Shown piece by piece: positions 20,867 to 30,175 of a stretch of DNA of 64,000 bases. The notes below the pieces were generated by a model, which was given only the letters and a program-made list of their open reading frames with translations, was not told the origin of the DNA and did no database searches. The position numbers were made by a program, and so were the translations under genes. Source of the stretch: a virus; the IMG/VR virus record IMGVR_UViG_3300024255_000001; one strand, written 5' to 3'. Positions within the stretch are counted from its first letter, which is position 1; each line of letters opens with the position of its first letter.

Positions 20867-21354
20867 ATAACCTCTTTAACTTCGATACCTGCCTTTTCTA
20901 AGAGTCCTATGCCAGACATATCTCTATAATCCTCTGAAAAGAATACTCTTTTAATACCTGATTGAATAATTAATTTTGCGCAATCAAAACATGGACATGT
21001 AGTGATATACATATCTGCGCCTTCTGCACTTAATGTAGATTTACTTACCTTTGCTAGAGCATTAGACTCTGCATGTAAGACCTCTCTTTTAGTTACCTCT
21101 TTAGAACAACATGAGTCATCGCAATCATAACCCTTTTCTTCTAGGACTTGTTTATGATTTTCATTCTCAATCTCTCTGACTTGTTCCTCTTCACAGTTGT
21201 TATCAAAGCCATGTGGCGTACCGTTATATCCAGTTGATATTACCTGTGTATCTTTTACAATAATACAACCAACGCGCCTACGTTTAGCATACGAGAGCTT
21301 AGCTATCTGATAAGCCATCTGCATATAAATTAAGTCTACGGGTATTCTTGGCAT
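20845..21354 (-). CDS. dCMP deaminase (ComEB family)
   Basis: TGYNGTP, LHAESNAL, PCFDCAK. Confidence 0.9.
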   Translation of the reverse strand: MPRIPVDLIYMQMAYQIAKLSYAKRRRVGCIIVKDTQVISTGYNGTPHGFDNNCEEEQVREIENENHKQVLEEKGYDCDDSCCSKEVTKREVLHAESNALAKVSKSTLSAEGADMYITTCPCFDCAKLIIQSGIKRVFFSEDYRDMSGIGLLEKAGIEVKEVICWNADE

Positions 21355-21357
21355 ACT

Positions 21358-21395
21358 AAAAAAGTCTATGTATTCAATTAATTATACATAGACTT
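21358..21395 (-). terminator. Hairpin terminator overlapping a promoter -10 box
   Basis: AAGTCTATGTAT/ATACATAGACTT 12-bp inverted repeat with U-tract on minus strand. Confidence 0.5.
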
Positions 21396-21408
21396 CTCTA
21401 AAAGTTTC
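21382..21408 (-). promoter_or_regulatory. Putative middle promoter GAAAC-N16-GTATAA
   Basis: Motif recurs with fixed spacing upstream of nine genes. Confidence 0.6.
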
Positions 21409-21421
21409 TAAATGTGTGTAC

Positions 21422-21484
21422 CTAATATGCAGGCTTCCAGGGTTTAATCCAATATTCCCAGAAAATTTGTTTTGCCTTTTTCAT
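21422..21484 (-). CDS. Candidate 20-aa micropeptide MKKAKQIFWEYWIKPWKPAY
   Basis: TAATG coupling to upstream stop; fills the intergenic gap. Confidence 0.35.
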   Translation of the reverse strand: MKKAKQIFWEYWIKPWKPAY

Positions 21485-22101
21485 TAGTATTCAAATGGTG
21501 GAGCTATATCATCATCCTTTTCCATACCGTACCACACGCCCTTGGATTGCCAGTAGAACCATCCGTACTTATCGTCAATAACTACTTCAAATTTACCTTT
21601 AGGTATATCTACAGACTTCTTAGGAGCTCTTGCGATATACTTAAGTACTGGTACGCCATCATCCCAGGTTTTCTTAGTAGACCTTGCGTCTACTGTTTCA
21701 CCATCACCGAATGCCATGTGATATTCTGCACCTTCAATCTCTTGAGCTAATAACATTGTAGGAGTTGCGTCAGATTCTAATAGAACTGATTCGTTTCTTT
21801 CTCTTTTATATGCTTGTTGTAACTCTTTAAATTCTGCTTTTAGTTTAGAACCAATGGTTTTCTTAATACCCCAGTAGTCACCAAAGATTAGGGGAGCCAC
21901 TGCGCCCATACCAGCCTTTTGAACTTGGTTAGCATATTTTCTAGCATAGACAGATCTATCAAACCAGTCTAATGCAGCTTGAGCCATTTCTTTAGAGATC
22001 TTCTGACCTTCAATTTCAGAGGTGCTACCGTTAGCTACCATTTTAAATAGTTTCTTTGCTGGAGCCTGTCTTGCCTCGTTAAGTGGTTTAATATATTTCA
22101 T
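21484..22101 (-). CDS. Putative internal head protein (MKYIKPLNE leader)
   Basis: Shared leader motif; internal ESVLLE site. Confidence 0.6.
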   Translation of the reverse strand: MKYIKPLNEARQAPAKKLFKMVANGSTSEIEGQKISKEMAQAALDWFDRSVYARKYANQVQKAGMGAVAPLIFGDYWGIKKTIGSKLKAEFKELQQAYKRERNESVLLESDATPTMLLAQEIEGAEYHMAFGDGETVDARSTKKTWDDGVPVLKYIARAPKKSVDIPKGKFEVVIDDKYGWFYWQSKGVWYGMEKDDDIAPPFEY

Positions 22102-22102
22102 A

Positions 22103-22762
22103 TTATTCTTTACCTGCGCCGTATGTTTCTTTTAACTCGTCTATCTTTTTAGCATAAGCCTCTTTCATCTCATTACAGTGAGCCTCATACATTTCTTGAG
22201 TTAATTCTGTTTCTTTAACTTCACCATAACTTTCTTCCATTGCCTTTGCAGCAAGAGTCGCTACTAGAGCAGCATTCTCTTTCATATACATTTCTAATGT
22301 GTGGTCTTGGTATTCGTCATTCTCATAAGCACATGCAGCTTCTTTTACTTTTGCATAGCCTTCAACTAACATTTCTTCTACTGTTGATGGAGCTTCTGCT
22401 TCTCCTTCTGATTCAACTTCTTCAACTTCTTCTTCATGAGCTTCTTCAGAATCTTCTTCATCATCATCTTCATCTTCGTCGTCATCGTCGTCGTCTTCAT
22501 CATCGTCATCGTCGTCATCTTCGTCAGAATCGTCGTCATCAGACTCTTCAGAATCATCAATATCGTCGTCAGAATCATCTTCTTCGTCTTCTATTTCTTC
22601 AGCAGGTAATTCAGTGCCTTCTTCACACTCTAAACAATTACCTTCTTCGTCGGTACCACATGGGCACTCTTCGTTTTCTACTTCTTCTGTAGTATCTACG
22701 TTATCTTGCCCAGCCTTTAACTGAACTTGATACTCTTCGAATGATAGGATTTTTTTAGCCAT
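22103..22762 (-). CDS. Highly acidic protein with Asp/Glu tract; putative internal head/scaffold protein
   Basis: KKILSFEEY leader, long D/E run, late promoter at 22783-22791. Confidence 0.6.
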   Translation of the reverse strand: MAKKILSFEEYQVQLKAGQDNVDTTEEVENEECPCGTDEEGNCLECEEGTELPAEEIEDEEDDSDDDIDDSEESDDDDSDEDDDDDDDEDDDDDDEDEDDDEEDSEEAHEEEVEEVESEGEAEAPSTVEEMLVEGYAKVKEAACAYENDEYQDHTLEMYMKENAALVATLAAKAMEESYGEVKETELTQEMYEAHCNEMKEAYAKKIDELKETYGAGKE

Positions 22763-22813
22763 TTTTATATTGTTTTATTTAATTATATATCAATTTTTTA
22801 TTATAGTTGTTAA

Positions 22814-24586
22814 TTATACTTGGTTTGTAAATTTTACGCGTTCATCTGTGTTGTGGAATAATATACCATCAGCCATATAGACGTCTTCAGTTTCTACGTC
22901 AATTGAATATGTATTAACAGTTTCCGTAACATACTCAGTGCTGGTTACCTTTACCCACCCGTTTGCACTGTAGAATGAATCTCCAACTATAACATCAGCT
23001 GCCTGCTTAAACGAAATATCATTACCAACATTCATTACTAGGATAGGGTGTTCACCAGTTACCTTTGTTAAACCGTTATTAAAGTTATGATATGCAGTAT
23101 GCTGACCTGCGATTACTCTAGTAACGGTTGCGCTACTTGAGCTAGCTGAGAATTGATTAATTTGACTTGAGTATTCTTCCCAAGTTGATTTTGTTCCATC
23201 ATCGCCTAACCCTGTAATATCATAAGAGGCTAGAACGTCACCCACTTGCAGATCTTCTACTAGTTTAGTTGTACCATCAGCCAAATTCATTACTGTACCT
23301 TCTACGTGACATGGTTCCCATGCAAAGGAGATGCTGTCTACACTAGTCGAATCCAATGTGAAACTACTACCTGAGTTAAAATCAATAGTTAAATTCTCCC
23401 CGTTGCTGGTGTTATTTGAACCTTCATTAATCCAAGCAGTTACCTGTCCATTATTTACAGAAACTGAGTCAATATATGAATTAGCAGGACTGCTCGGATT
23501 TTCTACATTAAAATAGATGTAGTTTCCGTTACTATCCGTCTCGGATATATCTACATGATAATCGCCATTCCAATTAAAGCTAGCTATTACTGGTCCGGTA
23601 CCTTGCATGTCACCAGGTTGCCCACTGTAATTTACCGCGGTAAATTCAAAATGCAATTCAGGTATCGGCGCTGACGTCGTCGTTATAGATGTAATAGGAG
23701 CTGTAATTAAAACAGAACACCAGTGGCTTGTATCATCTGGATGTCTAACAATTAAATAAATTTGATTAGCCGGCAACCCGTTGAACTCAGCAGCTTGTGT
23801 GCTAGCACTCTCTTCTGTATAAGGTTGACTTTTTAAAAGCCCACCACTATTAGCATTTGGATCAACATGTTCATAAGAAACCTGTACCTGTCCAGTACTC
23901 GGAGAATTATTAACTGTTAAATTTTCAACCCAATATGGAGTAATACTCGACTGGTGATTAGAATCATCCGGTTTAGTATATGCCCAATATACATCATTAT
24001 CTTTTACTAGAGTTGCATCAGGGTCTAGCGTAAAAGTATATGTTGTTGCCGCGTCTGGCGATTGACTTGAATTATTATCACTATATTCACTACCTCCTTG
24101 GCCAGAAATATGTTCTGCTACAACAGTAGCATTACTGGACGCTAATAAAATACTATTAAGTGGCGCAGCTGTAGTTGTCGCAGCTGTAGTTGTCGTTGTT
24201 TCCTCTAATGTTGTAGTCGTTTCTTCAGCTGTAGTTGTCGTTGTTTCCTCTAATGTTGTAGTCGTTTCTTCAGCTGTAGTTGTCGTTGTTTCCTCTAATG
24301 TTGTAGTCGTTGTAGTCGCACTGACTGTACCATCCCCAGTTTGTGTAATAGTAAAACTATCTACTAATGTGTTATCATTAACATAGTTCCAATGCCTTAC
24401 TTCCCATTGAGATGTTCTAGTCGCGCCAGTATCGTTATCTTGAATAGAAAAGTCTGATGTACCTGTAGTTACTGTATCAGATCTTGTGATCCACGATACA
24501 CTATTCACATTAACCCATGTAAAATTTGGATTTGATGTAGTATTATTTCCTGTATAAGTAACAGATCTTTGAATTATTGAAGGCAT
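22814..24586 (-). CDS. Virion protein: BACON-like N-domain, Thr-rich stalk, C-terminal Hint domain
   Basis: SWIT...NDTGATRT...FTITQ; EETTTTT repeats; CHVEGT...TGEHP...ILFHN-T. Confidence 0.75.
   Translation of the reverse strand: MPSIIQRSVTYTGNNTTSNPNFTWVNVNSVSWITRSDTVTTGTSDFSIQDNDTGATRTSQWEVRHWNYVNDNTLVDSFTITQTGDGTVSATTTTTTLEETTTTTAEETTTTLEETTTTTAEETTTTLEETTTTTAATTTAAPLNSILLASSNATVVAEHISGQGGSEYSDNNSSQSPDAATTYTFTLDPDATLVKDNDVYWAYTKPDDSNHQSSITPYWVENLTVNNSPSTGQVQVSYEHVDPNANSGGLLKSQPYTEESASTQAAEFNGLPANQIYLIVRHPDDTSHWCSVLITAPITSITTTSAPIPELHFEFTAVNYSGQPGDMQGTGPVIASFNWNGDYHVDISETDSNGNYIYFNVENPSSPANSYIDSVSVNNGQVTAWINEGSNNTSNGENLTIDFNSGSSFTLDSTSVDSISFAWEPCHVEGTVMNLADGTTKLVEDLQVGDVLASYDITGLGDDGTKSTWEEYSSQINQFSASSSSATVTRVIAGQHTAYHNFNNGLTKVTGEHPILVMNVGNDISFKQAADVIVGDSFYSANGWVKVTSTEYVTETVNTYSIDVETEDVYMADGILFHNTDERVKFTNQV
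22850..23311 (-). other. Hint (mini-intein/BIL-like) domain, 154 aa
   Basis: Cys1 (CHVEGT), block B TGEH, block F YSIDVE, terminal HN followed by Thr. Confidence 0.8.
24170..24320. repeat. Coding tandem repeat, about 45-bp unit (AEETTTTLEETTTTT)
   Basis: Direct repeats of gctgtagttgtcgttgtttcctctaatgttgtagtcgtt. Confidence 0.8.
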
Positions 24587-24623
24587 ATTGACTTTATTCT
24601 ATTTTTATATATATTACTTTTTA

Positions 24624-26141
24624 TTAACTACTGTATACACTAGGCGCACCTATTGTGTTTTGCCAGTTCATATTAAATGTTAATCTATTTGTTGATGCAC
24701 TATATGATGCTGTAGGTTCATACCCTGGTGGGTTGTTTTGGGTAAAACTATAAATTGTGCCTCCTATCCAATCTGTTGGATCTAAAACATTTAAGAAAGC
24801 TGCATACCCTGCACCAACTCCATCAATACTTCCATCCAGTGATGATGGAACTGTATAATAGTGAGTCTTCCCATATATTGACATACCGATACGATTACCC
24901 GTTCTAGGGACACCTGTCAATTCCCATTGATATGAACGACCCGTGCTATAACTAGTACCACTTGTCGCGACTGTTGTAAAGTCAAGTAGTGGTTCAGTTG
25001 TCGTTGTAAGCCCACTACAATCTATTGCAGTCGCCGGCGATGAGTGGTTTACAATATGATTATTATACTGGAATCCAGGTTCAGTGCTACTTACTATTTT
25101 ATAGAAAACACCAGAAGATCCGTTATACTCGTCATCGTTCATAATAGCAGTTGTAAGAGTACTCAATGTCGCCAATCCGGTTTCTGGGGCTTCATACGTA
25201 GCTGTTTTAGGATTATTAGTGAGTGCACATGTACTATATTGGTAGTAATTACCTGAAATATAACTAACAGTATATAGTGTTGGATATGATGTATCGTTTA
25301 TATCTACTGCAGTCTGTACATTTCCGGTTGAATAACCATTCTCATCGGTTGCATATAAACTAAATGTTAAGGTTTCAGAACCTTCTAGCTTGTTATCATT
25401 CTTTACTGTTATTGTATGGCTACCAGTATTACTATTCATAGTTACCCAATTACCCCAAGAAGAACCGCTTGGCGAATCTCCCGCACCTGCACCAGACGAC
25501 CAACCAGACGTTATATCATCTTGGTTAACAGCATCTGGTAAATTAGAATACATATTCACCCATACACGACTTCCGTTAGCTATATTACTACCAGTTACTG
25601 TTATTGTAATCTGTTGTCCTTCATCAACTGTACCTGATGGGTTTGCTGTAATATTGCTATAAGTTGGCGTTGGTGCTACATACTGTGTTGTTGGTGCTAC
25701 ATATTGTGTTGTTGGTGCTACATATTGTGTTGTTGGTGCTACATATTGTGTTGTTGGCGTCGGAGCTTGTGTTGTTGGCGTCGGAGCCTGTGTTGTTGGC
25801 GCTTGTGTTGTTGGCGTCGGAGCTAAAGTGGTAACATTAATAGTTCCATTTGCATCCGCATGTTGTGTAATTGTAAATTGCTTACTTAAACCTGGATCAT
25901 TCGGATAAGCTGAAGCTTGCCAGTGGTTTACTTCATAAGTTACTGCTCTAGTTGCACCGGATGCACCTGTAGTCCAATCTTCTACTTCAAATTGCCAAAT
26001 ATCAGATGACGCCTCTGTTGCTGTTACCCAGCCGCTACCACCAGAAGTCCACGTTGCAGTCCAGGTATATCTATCAGTTCCCTCTGGAATCTGATCTAGA
26101 TCACCATTAAATTCTACTACTTTTTGAATTGTTACTGACAT
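24624..26141 (-). CDS. Virion protein: BACON-like N-domain, APTTQ stalk, Calx-beta/Ig-like domain
   Basis: N-terminus paralogous to 22814-24586; APTTQYV repeats; DEGQQITITV...DNKLEGSETLTFSL. Confidence 0.7.
   Translation of the reverse strand: MSVTIQKVVEFNGDLDQIPEGTDRYTWTATWTSGGSGWVTATEASSDIWQFEVEDWTTGASGATRAVTYEVNHWQASAYPNDPGLSKQFTITQHADANGTINVTTLAPTPTTQAPTTQAPTPTTQAPTPTTQYVAPTTQYVAPTTQYVAPTTQYVAPTPTYSNITANPSGTVDEGQQITITVTGSNIANGSRVWVNMYSNLPDAVNQDDITSGWSSGAGAGDSPSGSSWGNWVTMNSNTGSHTITVKNDNKLEGSETLTFSLYATDENGYSTGNVQTAVDINDTSYPTLYTVSYISGNYYQYSTCALTNNPKTATYEAPETGLATLSTLTTAIMNDDEYNGSSGVFYKIVSSTEPGFQYNNHIVNHSSPATAIDCSGLTTTTEPLLDFTTVATSGTSYSTGRSYQWELTGVPRTGNRIGMSIYGKTHYYTVPSSLDGSIDGVGAGYAAFLNVLDPTDWIGGTIYSFTQNNPPGYEPTASYSASTNRLTFNMNWQNTIGAPSVYSS
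25665..25825. repeat. Coding tandem repeat, 15/21-bp units (APTTQ/APTTQYV)
   Basis: Repeated tgtgttgttggtgctacatat. Confidence 0.8.
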
Positions 26142-26157
26142 AATTATTATTTAATTT

Positions 26158-28002
26158 TTATAGTGTTTTAATTTGGTTATCCTTCATCCACGCCTCTAGC
26201 TTCTCAACAGCTGCGTTAAATACTCTACTTCTGTTAGTTTCCATACCGAAGTTATTAAAGTATTCTTTCATTAGATAGTACGCTGGTTCAATTGACTCAC
26301 CGTTAGCTTCCATATCTCTAATATGTTTACTAACTTCTAATGCTGCTACCGCACCTTGCCAGAAGAACATAGTGTAACCAGTTATATCATTCCAGAATCT
26401 TTGGATAAATTTGTAACCCATTTCACCGAACTCTTTCTTACCTTTATCATCATAAGCATATAGTTCAGATCTAGTCTTGTTGTCAAAAGAGCCCAACCAA
26501 ATAGACATATAATGGTGTTCACTTTTATAGACCTTTTCCATAAAACCACCATCAATAATCTCTTTTGATTTTACTTTAATCCATTTTGGAAATTTAATCT
26601 TACCATTCTCTTTAACCCAATTGCCATACTCATAAGAGCTTAGACTTTCGTTAACTGATTCTGGTAGAGGTATTGAATCTTCGTATCTTAGTTTTTTATA
26701 TAGTTGATTAGATAGAATATAGTTGCTAGCAAAATCTTCTAATTCTTTTTCACTACCAAACCTACGACCACCTACATCAATATCATGTCCTTTATAGTAA
26801 AGGTTGTAATGTGCACCCTTTGAGTCCTCTTTAGTTTTAAGATAAACTATATCATCATTACCAATATATTTCTTTGGCATTTTAGCTTCATCTACTGACT
26901 CGCTAAATAGAGTTTCTCCAGTATTAGACTCAACACTTATTACAGCATTAGGATATTGTTTTTGTAATTCATTAAATACTGCAGGAACTGCAGCTGGTGT
27001 ATCAACTAATTCTTGTTTAACAACCATACCACTATTAATTACTACAATACTTACAGGATAACTTCCTTTCTTTGCAGCTTTATGGATTGCACCTCTTTTA
27101 GCTTCATGTAGTGGTTTAATGTATTTCATTTGTTTTGACTCTTTCATAGCGTCTATTTCTTTTGATTTTTCAATTGCCCAATCAACACCTTCGTCGCCAC
27201 CCCAGATTAACCAGGCTACATAGCCTCTATCTTTCCATGGAGTATCTTTATGTTCTGGTGCAATTGATGAATTTTTTCTGTGTCTATTAAATGCAGACAT
27301 TCTCTTAACTGTATCTGCTGAGATCTTTTCACCTTTAGCTAGTTGATGAGCTCTTGCCCAACCAACTGGAGTTCCAGCAGGTACTTCATCTCTACCATAC
27401 TTCTCTTTCCAATCAATAGCCATTTGTGCATTCTTCTTTGCAGCAGCTGGATAATCATCATAAGAGTCTTCTTCGTTTAAGACAGATTCTTTAATAATAT
27501 TATGTAAGACCATTGAGTGGTAAATATCAGAACCAACGCCTTTTAAATCTTCACTACCTAAATGAGTCTTACCATGATTCTTAATATAATTATCTTCTAG
27601 ATATTTAATCTTTTCATCTTTAGACATTCTATTAATCTTGGCTCTATTCTTGTAAACCCATTTTTGAAATTGTAAAAGGGAAAAAGAATTGTAAAGAGGC
27701 TCTTGTAAACTTTCATCCATTTTATCGATTAGGTCTTGTCTATCTAATTGTTTATAGACTTCTTTTCTTACCTTCTCCATCTTCTCTGCGTACTTAGGAT
27801 CATCACCTCTATTAAAAACTATTTGTTGAGTTAAAGAACCACTAATCTTCTTTACATCCTTCTTTCTGGTCTTAATTAACCATGCTGCAAGATCCTTGAT
27901 ACCTAGGTCTTTAAATCTACCTTCGGCATCAGGAGCATCCGAGTGATGAAACTCAGGAGCGCCTTTTGGCTTCTTTTCGTTAAGTGGTTTTATGTGCCTC
28001 AT
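26158..28002 (-). CDS. Putative internal head polyprotein (multiple modules separated by ES-hydrophobic-x-E sites)
   Basis: MRHIKPLNE leader, internal MKYIKPLHE, ESLQE, ESVLNEE, ESVDE, ESVNE. Confidence 0.6.
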   Translation of the reverse strand: MRHIKPLNEKKPKGAPEFHHSDAPDAEGRFKDLGIKDLAAWLIKTRKKDVKKISGSLTQQIVFNRGDDPKYAEKMEKVRKEVYKQLDRQDLIDKMDESLQEPLYNSFSLLQFQKWVYKNRAKINRMSKDEKIKYLEDNYIKNHGKTHLGSEDLKGVGSDIYHSMVLHNIIKESVLNEEDSYDDYPAAAKKNAQMAIDWKEKYGRDEVPAGTPVGWARAHQLAKGEKISADTVKRMSAFNRHRKNSSIAPEHKDTPWKDRGYVAWLIWGGDEGVDWAIEKSKEIDAMKESKQMKYIKPLHEAKRGAIHKAAKKGSYPVSIVVINSGMVVKQELVDTPAAVPAVFNELQKQYPNAVISVESNTGETLFSESVDEAKMPKKYIGNDDIVYLKTKEDSKGAHYNLYYKGHDIDVGGRRFGSEKELEDFASNYILSNQLYKKLRYEDSIPLPESVNESLSSYEYGNWVKENGKIKFPKWIKVKSKEIIDGGFMEKVYKSEHHYMSIWLGSFDNKTRSELYAYDDKGKKEFGEMGYKFIQRFWNDITGYTMFFWQGAVAALEVSKHIRDMEANGESIEPAYYLMKEYFNNFGMETNRSRVFNAAVEKLEAWMKDNQIKTL

Positions 28003-28005
28003 ATT

Positions 28006-28692
28006 CTATTTATCTAACTTAAATCCTAATTGTTTTGCGCGAGCTGTCCATTTGACCAAGACCTCTTCTCTTTCTTTAGATGTAATCTCTCCCATCTCTT
28101 CTTTTTGATCTAAATATCTATTAACAGCATCAATAGTTTTTTCTTTACGTTTCTTAGCTTCAAACCTTAGGCCTTGTAGATTTGCATCCACTTCTTTAGG
28201 TAAAAGTAGATAATGCATCTTAGATAACATACCACTATTAATCATCGCTCTCATCATATCATCTGGCTCATTAGGTTTGCCCTTTCTATAGTTACCAATA
28301 TCAATACCATCTTGAGTGATGTGTTCGATCTCGTGCCTTAAGACATCTGCTAAGTGGAAGTAAATATCTGACCAATAAGTAGGTAACCAATCTGGGTTAC
28401 AAGCAAAGTCTACATTAATAAATGGATCTTGCCAATCACCGTCATCATCTTCATCTCTACCATCAGCTCCAGTAGAGTTTAAGACTTCAAATCCTTTACC
28501 TTTAAAATAGATAGAGCAGTTTAAGTCAAATGTTAGACCTGGATTCTCTACTTCAAACGAATAATGAGAAGACTTCTTGCCTCTTTCAAAATCCAATACC
28601 CACTGTCTAAAGCAATCACCTAATAATTTATTAGAGATTGAATCTAGTTTAGTATATCGCTCAAATATAGCCTGTGATTTAATATGTTTCAT
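28006..28692 (-). CDS. HExxH zinc-metallopeptidase-like protein with head-targeting-like leader
   Basis: MKHIKSQAIFE; LRHEIEHITQ...EVDAN; late promoter 28696-28704. Confidence 0.6.
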   Translation of the reverse strand: MKHIKSQAIFERYTKLDSISNKLLGDCFRQWVLDFERGKKSSHYSFEVENPGLTFDLNCSIYFKGKGFEVLNSTGADGRDEDDDGDWQDPFINVDFACNPDWLPTYWSDIYFHLADVLRHEIEHITQDGIDIGNYRKGKPNEPDDMMRAMINSGMLSKMHYLLLPKEVDANLQGLRFEAKKRKEKTIDAVNRYLDQKEEMGEITSKEREEVLVKWTARAKQLGFKLDK

Positions 28693-28706
28693 TTATTATA
28701 TATCAC

Positions 28707-28737
28707 AAAAAAAGAGGACCCAATATTGGGTCCTCTT
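28707..28737 (-). terminator. Rho-independent terminator
   Basis: Perfect palindrome AAGAGGACCCAATATTGGGTCCTCTT (28712-28737) plus U-tract. Confidence 0.85.
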
Positions 28738-28770
28738 GCTCCTTAGTTATCTATGTCTAGCCTAAATAAA

Positions 28771-29019
28771 TCAACTATTAACGGAGCCTTCTTGAGCTAC
28801 TTTCGATACGCCTTCTCCAGTTTGAATGAAGATTTCGTCTAACGCTTCTAAGCAATCATTTGCGTTAGCTACTTTTTCTACGAGTGTTGCCATCTCTTCG
28901 ATAATTTGCGGGTGTTCTCCGATTCCGGCTGCGTTCTTAACGTATACCTCAAGTGTTGCGATTGCTTCAAGTTTTTCAGCTTGATACCTTGCTCTAAGAG
29001 CATCTACTTTCAAGTCCAT
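28771..29019 (-). CDS. Conserved phage hypothetical protein (GIGEH motif)
   Basis: 82 aa; NAAGIGEHPQIIEEM. Confidence 0.7.
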   Translation of the reverse strand: MDLKVDALRARYQAEKLEAIATLEVYVKNAAGIGEHPQIIEEMATLVEKVANANDCLEALDEIFIQTGEGVSKVAQEGSVNS

Positions 29020-29021
29020 AT

Positions 29022-29234
29022 TTAATTTTTAGAATTTAATTTAATTTCATTGATAATGTTTTGAACTCCAGTGAAAATGATTCCAAAACCAAGTACTATC
29101 CAAAATTGAGGCTTTCCAATGTAAAGGAATGATGCGAACATCCATAATAGTCCGATAACATAGAACCATTGACTTAAAATTGAAGTTAATACTAGGTTTA
29201 ATCCTGCTTTTAATGTGTTTAAAACTTTTGTCAT
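29022..29234 (-). CDS. Small membrane protein
   Basis: Two hydrophobic segments; promoter motif at 29252-29279. Confidence 0.65.
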   Translation of the reverse strand: MTKVLNTLKAGLNLVLTSILSQWFYVIGLLWMFASFLYIGKPQFWIVLGFGIIFTGVQNIINEIKLNSKN

Positions 29235-29251
29235 GAATAATTATTTAAGGG

Positions 29252-30175
29252 TTATACTAACTCGTTAATGAATTGTTTCACATATTTTTGAACAGCTAAT
29301 TCTTTTGCTTTCGCTTCTAGCTCGATGTCTAGATTAAGGCCATAAGTATTAATATGTTCGTAAATATAATCTGCATGTGCACGAGCCATTACACTTGCAT
29401 CCTCGTGAATTTGTTTACAAGATGAGTAGTGACACAATTGCTTGATACCTTTAGGCCAAGTAGTTGAAGCCATCTTGAGAGCTTCTTCCTGTGTTAATTC
29501 ACCAGGGTGACACCAATGGTGATGGTAGTCAAATGTAATTGGAATGTTAATCTTACTGTAGATACCTTGGTAAAGATCTTCTACAGCGTATTGTTTTTGT
29601 TTGTCGTCATTTTCTACAACAAGTCTGGTTTTGACAGATGGGTCTAGTTCATGGAACGCATCTACAAATCTTTGCATTGCTTCCTCTTTACCACCTTGTG
29701 TAGTATTGACATGAATGTTGATCGCAGCATAGGGAGTACGAGGTAGACCCATAAGGTCAAATATTTCACCATGCTTGTTGAGATCAGCAATAGATTTGGT
29801 GACAACGTTTTCATTTTTAGATGCGAGGACATCGAATGGTCCGGGGTGGAATGTAATCCTCTGTCCGTACTCCCTTGCCAGATCGCCACAGTCTTCTAGA
29901 ATAGTTCTGATAATTCTAAAGTCTTTAAGATCTGATATATTATACTCTGACATCCACGGCATAATATCTGAAGACATACGATAAAGCTTGATACCATTGG
30001 CTTCATTCCATTTGATAATCTCACGTAGATCTCGCACGTTCTGTACAATAAGTTCTGACGCATAGTCCATGCCTTTGTCTTGGAATGTACGTTTAATCAT
30101 GGAACGATTTGTAGTAATACTGGGCTTTTGTTGCCTGAGTTGCATATTGATGCAACAATATCCGTAGTTTGTCAT
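29252..30175 (-). CDS. uvsE: UV damage endonuclease UvsE/UVDE
   Basis: YGYCCIN, LYRMSSD, RITFHPG, LVVENDD, FDYHHH, HYS, RAHAD, ELEAKAKE; start revised to MTNYGY because a promoter overlaps 30193. Confidence 0.9.
   Translation of the reverse strand: MTNYGYCCINMQLRQQKPSITTNRSMIKRTFQDKGMDYASELIVQNVRDLREIIKWNEANGIKLYRMSSDIMPWMSEYNISDLKDFRIIRTILEDCGDLAREYGQRITFHPGPFDVLASKNENVVTKSIADLNKHGEIFDLMGLPRTPYAAINIHVNTTQGGKEEAMQRFVDAFHELDPSVKTRLVVENDDKQKQYAVEDLYQGIYSKINIPITFDYHHHWCHPGELTQEEALKMASTTWPKGIKQLCHYSSCKQIHEDASVMARAHADYIYEHINTYGLNLDIELEAKAKELAVQKYVKQFINELV

Noticed and set aside
22240-22692. His/Arg-rich plus-strand ORF
   Set aside because: Antisense shadow of the Asp/Glu tract
22850-23311. Mobile intein with homing endonuclease
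   Set aside because: Only 154 aa, no LAGLIDADG or HNH motifs, and not in a conserved enzyme active site
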